A stretch of DNA of 64,000 nucleotides from Microbotryum violaceum (lineage: Eukaryota), in NCBI GenBank assembly GCA_001244265.2, contig CDLV01000011.1, positions 930,001 to 994,000 of the forward strand. Direction: 5' to 3'. This document shows, piece after piece, positions 57,788 through 64,000 of this stretch (its first letter is position 1; each line of letters starts with the position of its first letter). A program made the position numbers and the translations under genes. The notes below the pieces were generated by a model. The model did no database searches and was not told the DNA's origin. It saw nothing but the letters and a program-made list of their open reading frames with translations.

Positions 57788-59980
57788 CTACACCCGACTC
57801 CAGATTCCACTTGACAACGAACACACCGCAGGTCGTTGCGTCTTGGAGATGTTCGAGAGTCCATAGTGCGCATTGGAACCAAGCTCTAAGAGGTTGAGGT
57901 TAGCCTCATTTGCGATCGGGCTCCATGTCTTGTAACCGTTTGCATTAGGTGAGGCGCCCCTGACGAACGCGCCCCAGCGCGTTTGAACTTCGCTCGTCAA
58001 AGCTCGTTGAGCGCGCGTCAGAATTATCGAGGTCGGATGGAATACTAGGCCGATATCATCTTGGTGAGTTGCTTTGCCGACCAGGTATGGTACGGTGTCG
58101 TTGTAGTACGAAACGCCCAAGTCGAATTGTCCGAGGTAGATCTGATACCTGAGAAAAGTGACGAATGGAGGGTTCAGGTCCCTGGAGCCTATAGTTCTGT
58201 TGTCTCCAAGTCGACGAACAGTTAGGAAACTTACCCAGCTCTGGTGAGATTCAAGGCAACTTGTTGCGTGGCGCAGGTGAAGATAAAGTCCGTGCCAACG
58301 CGAGAGAACTGATTTCGCAAAGCGTCGTCGTCATTCGGCAACAGCGAGGGATCGTACAGTCCTGAACCAAGAATGGCTGCAGCTCTCTCGGGAAAGAAAC
58401 GCTCAATAACCATTGGGAAGTAGGCCGTGCTAGTCGTGGATGGGAATCTGGCAAGCGATAACCTGATGGAGCTTCAGAGACTCCGAGATTCCAGAGAATG
58501 ATTCGCCACAGCTCCTACTACTCACATCTCTGATACCGTGAAAGCGCCTTCGTCTTTCATCGTAGTGAGAAAGATGAGCTTTTTCGCCACCCTGCTCCGA
58601 ATGGTGCCGATTCCTTGAGCAGCGGTGTCTCCAAACTCGCTTTGGACAAGTGTTCCATCTACGATAGTTCGATAGGCGGGTTCGACTTCGCGCACGCCGT
58701 CAAGAGCACCTTTTTGGCCCTCGTCATTCATATCGGCCTGTACGCTCAATATGTGTTCGATGGTGGCATCACGCAAGCATGTCATCGAGGAACAGTTGAG
58801 TCGAGACACCGTCATAGCTCCGATCGTGTCGGCGAGAGCTGGCGAAAAATCGGAAAAGTCGAGCGGTGCTGAATGCAGAATCGCTCGTGCGTACATGGAA
58901 AAGACGGAAGGCGTAACGAGCAGTGACTTGACGATCTCGGCGCCTGAAGACTCTCCCGCAAGGGTGATACGCGACGAATCGCCACCAAAAGCCGTGATCT
59001 CGGCTCGAACGAAGCGCAAGGCGAGTATGACGTCTTTGAGACCGTAGTTGCCGGCGACGCTCAAATTCGAGTTGCCCATCCACCCGAGAATACCGAGACG
59101 GTATTGGGGAACGACTATGACCATGTTTTGATTGCTTGCGATGTCGGAGCCGTCCAGGCCAAAGGCTGTAGACGACCCCGTCTGTGCTCAGAGAACGCAA
59201 TTTGAGAAAGTCAGCCTGAACATTGTCGCAGGTGGTTGGTGCACCGTTAAAATGAGGCAAGGTTTTTAAGAGAGGAGGCTAACATAGAATGCGCCACCGT
59301 GAATCTTGAGGCGATCAAAAGGATGAAAGTCAGTTGAACTGGAACGGAGTATCGCGAGACGATTGGGATGGACTCACCCAAAACATCACAGGCAGCTTGG
59401 AAGATGAGGTGGCACCCTTTGGTGAGTATACACTAAATGAGTGGCACCAGACAAGCCTTTGTGTCAGTCATTCGCATAGCAATATCTCGAAAGCTATGCG
59501 GTAAGGGGAGTTAAAGATGCACGTAAGAAACAGACAGTCTTCCGATGTCGCCGTCGTCGCCCTCGGCTGCGGACACGCCGGTGGTATCGAGGTAGCATCA
59601 TGGCTAGAATATAGGCAGAAGCCTGAGGTCAGCTCTATAGGGCCGTAAATGTTTGATTGGATGAAGAGTCACCCACTTGGCCAAAGTCACCCGGCTGACT
59701 GGGTCGCTGAAACGCAGCGAATCAACGGGAGCCTCGGCGAAAGGGATCGTCCAGCGATTAGCAAGCCGCCCTGGTAATGTGGTTAACAGGAAATGTCTTC
59801 AGTAATTAGTATCAAAATCTGAAGCGTACTCTGGAATTTCGGACCTTGATGGCCCAGAACTCGGCCTTTAGAGGTGACGGCGGTGGCGGAGGACAGGGGC
59901 CGTGCTCGGCACCTGCTCAGCAAGCTGAAAAAGCAGATCAACTGCCACAGTGGGTAGGAAGACCCGAGCCTTGACAACAT
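57788..59980 (-). CDS. Type-B carboxylesterase B (signal peptide), tandem paralog, multi-exon
   Basis: PFAEAPVDSLRF, SEDCL, IHGGAF, QYRLGILG, GESSG, THQDDI. Confidence 0.9.
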
Positions 59981-60678
59981 GTTGGTGAGACTTGTGATAA
60001 TTCAAGAACCAGATACAAACTTGGACGAGCAAGGGTCGAATGAACCGACTCGAATCAGCCGATGGAGCGATGTTGAGGGGAGACTGCAGGATCTGATTGA
60101 CTGCGGAGATAGCGCGATCCGGAGCAGAGACGCACGGGATCAAACAAGGGGTAGCGAATGTTTCATCTTATTCTTGGGGAAGATTCGGGACAAAGGGACG
60201 TGAGATCACATTACTTGGGTCGGTTTCTTTGAACCGCAACGCACTGATCGGGTGCTTAAGTTTAAGCGCGGCATGGCGCGTCGTGCCGCGATCGGTCACG
60301 AACAAAGGGAGCCCTCAAACTCAAAAGGCGACAGGTCTGAGGCCTCCGGGCCGATTTACGAACGGCGTCGTCCGCGCAGGCCCCCTGCAACGGTACAAAA
60401 GAAATAGGCTGTACTGCTTACTGGGGTCACTAGGCATGCCCATGTGTAGAGGCCCCGACTGTGCAAGGACCCTCTTCGCTAAGGCGATCCTGAGTACAAC
60501 TTTGAGCATGAGCTGGACGCTCGCACAGGTACTAAAAGAGCCCAAGCACAACGGTCCGAGGCTACAGGAAAGAAGCTGTTAAGCGCGAGTTGACAATAGA
60601 GTGGGTGCTTCAGTGTAGCCCCATGACAGATTACATATCGCCCCTCGGCTCTTTTTGGTCTGCCTCCTCTCGTGACGG

Positions 60679-62204
60679 TCATTCCTCGATGCCCGCCCAC
60701 TCGACCTCGGCATCGTCCTGTGTTTCTACCCCTGCCGAGATCGGCTCGGCGGCATCATCCGATCCCATCTGCATGCCATCCCATTCCTCCTTGTAGGCTT
60801 CATCAAGCGCAGTCTCGCTCGTTGGAATCATCTCGTGATCCTCTTCCACCTCAGCGGCCCCTGCAAGGGCCTTCGGTTCGTCGACGGTTGCTGCCGCTGG
60901 TGCCTCGGCTATCGGTGTTTTTGTCGTCGTTGTGGCTGCCATGGAAGAGGTTGATGCTTCGGATTCTTCCGTAGAGCTCTGTCCAGGTGCGTTGACGATG
61001 ATGGCAAAGTTGTTGCGCTGTATTCCACCCCGAAGTTGCTCCCTCTTCCAACCCTTGCCGTCGCCGGATCCATCGCCGACTCGCTTGCAAAGCCAATACG
61101 TCAGTTTAGCCGAGTCCTTTCTCCGCACAGGCGCCCACCCTGTTGTCAACAGAATCGCCTCGAGTCGGGTATGGTTCATGTATCGGCTATTGGTGAGACA
61201 GGGCAGGGGCAAGACAAGGAAGAGAAGACCTTGAGGTTTGAGGTAGAGGTGAGCTCGACGAAGCATGTCGGCCCTTCGAGTGAGTGACCCTTCAAAGTTG
61301 AGGACGAGGCTCAGCGCCACGACGTCAAAGAAACGCCCGGAGGCGGGAGGTGGTGGATAGTCGAAGAAGTCGTGCTTGAGCACGGATTCGGACTGTGGGT
61401 TGAGATCGATGGAGGTGCTTTCAATCCACGCATAGTCCTCGTAAGCCGTACCAGCGATCGCTCCGACGTCCAAGAGTCGTAGCTGCGGGGGTACGGGAGA
61501 GCGGGGAAGGCATGTTCAGTGCAATGTACCGTCAACATACCGCGTCCGTTGCCGACTTGTGATCTTAAAGTACGGACCTTTTCTCTCTCAATTTTGGGCC
61601 AGGTTTTCGTCCCGTCGGCGTTGACCACGGGTTCGACTTTACGCTTTTCCCTTTGTTTGCCCTTGTCGACGCCAACCTTGAGCTCCTTGAGTTGTGTGAC
61701 GCACCACTTGCTCGTTTCGCCCCCTCGACTCTTGTCGCCGCCATGAACGGAAGCGTCCTGGTACTTCTGCAGGCCGCCGAGCTGCTCCCGTTTGGCGATC
61801 AAATCGGCTCGTTCTTTCGGGTCCTGGGTTGCGGCGAGCCGCTTCTCGATTGCATGAAACTCGCGGATAAGCTTCACCTTGCTTTCGCGAGAGTCCAAGT
61901 CTTGCTCGGGTGGAAAAGCAGCAGCAACTATTTCAGACTGATCCTTGGCCTTTGCTTTGCCTTTGCGCTTGTCTTTGCCCTTGCGCTTGACCATGCCTTT
62001 ACTCCGACTCTGGCCTTTTGCGTTGGCCCCGTTTGGATCCGTGTCAGGGTCGTGCAGCTCGTTCTTCGCGGCCTTTACCTCATCCATCGTGTCGTGCCTT
62101 TGGCGAGCGACTGCCGGGCCTGACTTCTTCTGCAGAAATTTGGGCTTCTTGCCCGCTCGGTTGGCGTTGCGAGAGGCTGCATTTGGGTTATTCGTGTGGG
62201 GCAT
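60679..62204 (-). CDS. BMT2: 25S rRNA m1A methyltransferase Bmt2-like, 2 exons
   Basis: LGGLQKYQDAS, RGGETSKW, LLDVGAI, IDLNPQ, LSLVLNF, LPLPCLTNSRY, NNFAI. Confidence 0.9.
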
Positions 62205-62261
62205 GTTGCAGCGAAGGCTGTTGGCTTGATCGTGGGAGATGCAGTAGGGCCTCGTCGAGAC

Positions 62262-62292
62262 TGTGTGTGTGTGTGTGTGTGGGGGGGGGGGG
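62262..62292. repeat. (TG)n plus poly-G microsatellite upstream of BMT2
   Basis: TGTGTG...GGGGGGGGGGGG. Confidence 0.9.
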
Positions 62293-62511
62293 GTCCAGTG
62301 GAGAGCAGTCAAGTCGCCTTCGCAAGCGGCGAATGGCACGCCCTGGCCGGTTGCCAAATGCCAAAGGCGACAGAACATGCATGCTGAGCGCCGCTCTGCT
62401 CTGCTGAGCTCCTTCAGCTCTCCTGATACCGCTTGCGCCGTGCATCTGTTTAGCGAGCGAAGGATGTCTTGTAGTTGCAGCAGGCTTGAGAGAAAACCGA
62501 AGGAACCGTAG

Positions 62512-62788
62512 TGTAACTAACACGGACGGCCTTAGTGGAAATAATAAATCAAAATAAACAGAAATTAGAGGGAAAGGGACGGAGGGCGGGAAGGTTCAAG
62601 GACGAAGGATCGCTTTGCGAGGCGTAGCGCGATAGAGATTCAGTAAGACAGAGCAACTAAGACAAAGACAGTAGCCCCAGCGTAGTAATATGGCATACCT
62701 TTGCGAGGCGTAGCGCAAGCGTCAAATAGAAGATTTGAGGGTTGGCAGTCTCGGCGAAGGGTATCCTATAGGGTGCTACGTGTTAGTT
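62512..62788. mobile_element. LTR-like remnant (~277 bp)
   Basis: Starts TGTAACTAACACG and ends CGTGTTAGTT (inverted termini lacking the last ACA); internal direct repeat CTTTGCGAGGCGTAGCGC; no TSD seen. Confidence 0.45.
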
Positions 62789-63152
62789 TGGGCGCGCCCA
62801 ACTAGGACGCTCCTGAAAGACAGACGAAGGGCCGTACAGAGGTGAATCGCGGAGACCACTTGAACGAGTAGGGGACCGATTTGAGAACGTCAACAACTAG
62901 TCGAGCGTACTCAGACCGGCGCGAGGAAGGGCGCGTGGCTGCTAGGAATCGTCGAGTCGCTTTTTTCCCGCGGCAGACGCGTGATGCTGTGCGGGTCGTC
63001 GGGAGGTCGACTCGCAGGCAATTGCGAGGTAGATCGAGTGCAGCCTTGAGCAAGATGAGATTCGACTTGTAGAGGGTCACCGAGAGGAACAGCACGATTG
63101 AACAGGATCCAGACGACGCGATCAGTGAAGAGCGAAGCCTAGCTTGGAGGCG

Positions 63153-63228
63153 TTGAGCGCTCCGGGGAGGCTAGGACGCTGAGCACTCTGGAGAGGCTAG
63201 GACGCTGAGCGCTCCGGAGAGGCTAGGA
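63153..63228. repeat. 26-bp tandem repeat, ~3 copies
   Basis: TGAGCGCTCCGGAGAGGCTAGGACGC units. Confidence 0.85.
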
Positions 63229-63449
63229 AGGCTGGTGCGGAGACCAGTGGGGTGGTGCACGGATGCGCGCTCTCTCTTGAGCGCGGAACTCTTACCGCTA
63301 AAGCTGAACAGACATCTTCAGGCGATTCAGGCGCTTGGTCGCTCGTCGAGCGTCTCGTGTCGGCCAAGTAATACGACGAACAGTCTCCGACTGAACGACG
63401 TTTGTGCCGATCTCTATTGATGAACATGAATAATATATAAAAAATGGCT

Positions 63450-63693
63450 TTGGTTTGGGCTTGGGGCGAATTCCCTCACGACACCGCCCCGCGAAGAAAC
63501 CGGCGGGCAGCGCAAACAAGGGAGGGAAACCGGGGAGGCGGGCGGGAAAGCAAAACATTATGGAGTTTTGAGTGAGCAACAGGCGATGTTGCGAGCAAGA
63601 ATAGTTGGTTCTAGCAAGAGGGAGTGATTCACACCGCACTCGCCTTTCGACTCGCTCGGCGCGCCCGTTGGTCGCCTTTGGCAACCGGCCAGG
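63450..63693 (+). repeat. Dispersed ~240-bp repeat; a second copy is split between ~22540-22617 and ~37379-37517
   Basis: Identical 30-mer GGAGTGATTCACACCGCACTCGCCTTTCGA at 37466-37495 and 63621-63650 with collinear flanking similarity. Confidence 0.75.
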
Positions 63694-63776
63694 CCTTCAG
63701 GTTCCCCACGTGATTCCACAGGCTCCCCTTCCTCGCCCGCGTCCCCATCGCGCGCACGTATCAATCCCCGTCCACC

Positions 63777-64000
63777 ATGCTCGCCCGACAACTCACGCGA
63801 TCTGCGCCTCGCTCATGCAAGGCTCTGCTTCCTGCACCCAAGGTTGCAGTCGCTCGATTGGGATGCAGCTCCCGTGATTATGCTCCTGTTCCGTTCACGT
63901 CGGCATTGCTGTCGCCTCTGTCGGTTCGCAACTTTAGCCAGACCTGCACTCGGTTCGACCAGAGTCAGTCCCTTGATTGTCCAGTGTGAGGACATCATGA
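63777..64000 (+). CDS. First exon of a probable mitochondrial-targeted protein (runs out of the window)
   Basis: MLARQLTRSAPRSCKALL...VRNFSQT presequence-like, donor GTCAGT near 63963. Confidence 0.6.

Noticed and set aside
63153-63228. CRISPR-like repeat array
   Set aside because: Head-to-tail units without spacers, in eukaryotic DNA

Overview
Intron-rich fungal DNA, by inference a basidiomycete of the Pucciniomycotina (Microbotryum-like), based on intron style, gene set and a TCG->TTG mutation signature in repeats. Housekeeping genes in order: Sch9-like AGC kinase (3' part), Rad51 paralog head-to-head with MSH6, a decayed GT90/CAP10-type xylosyltransferase, acyl-CoA thioesterase, Mba1/Tim44-domain protein, RPL14, PRP40, a small orphan gene, Zn2Cys6 factor, biotin ligase, DPM1, bystin/ENP1, two tandem carboxylesterases, BMT2 and the start of a mitochondrial-targeted protein. 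The most notable part is a nested transposon cluster at about 22.5-37.5 kb. It holds two inverted copies of a DNA transposon with ~31-33 bp AGGACCC terminal inverted repeats, each with its own perfect 8-bp target-site duplication. One copy encodes a decayed spliced transposase with P-element-like motifs and holds a truncated LINE; the other is internally deleted and holds a complete chromoviral Gypsy. Both appear to lie in an older insertion that split a short repeat whose uninterrupted copy is at ~63.5 kb. A 5.8-kb KDZ transposon with ~124-bp TIRs separates DPM1 from ENP1, and an isolated tRNA-like cloverleaf with a TTA anticodon lies at 8.7 kb. Exon boundaries were read by eye and some gene ends are approximate; no database searches were run.
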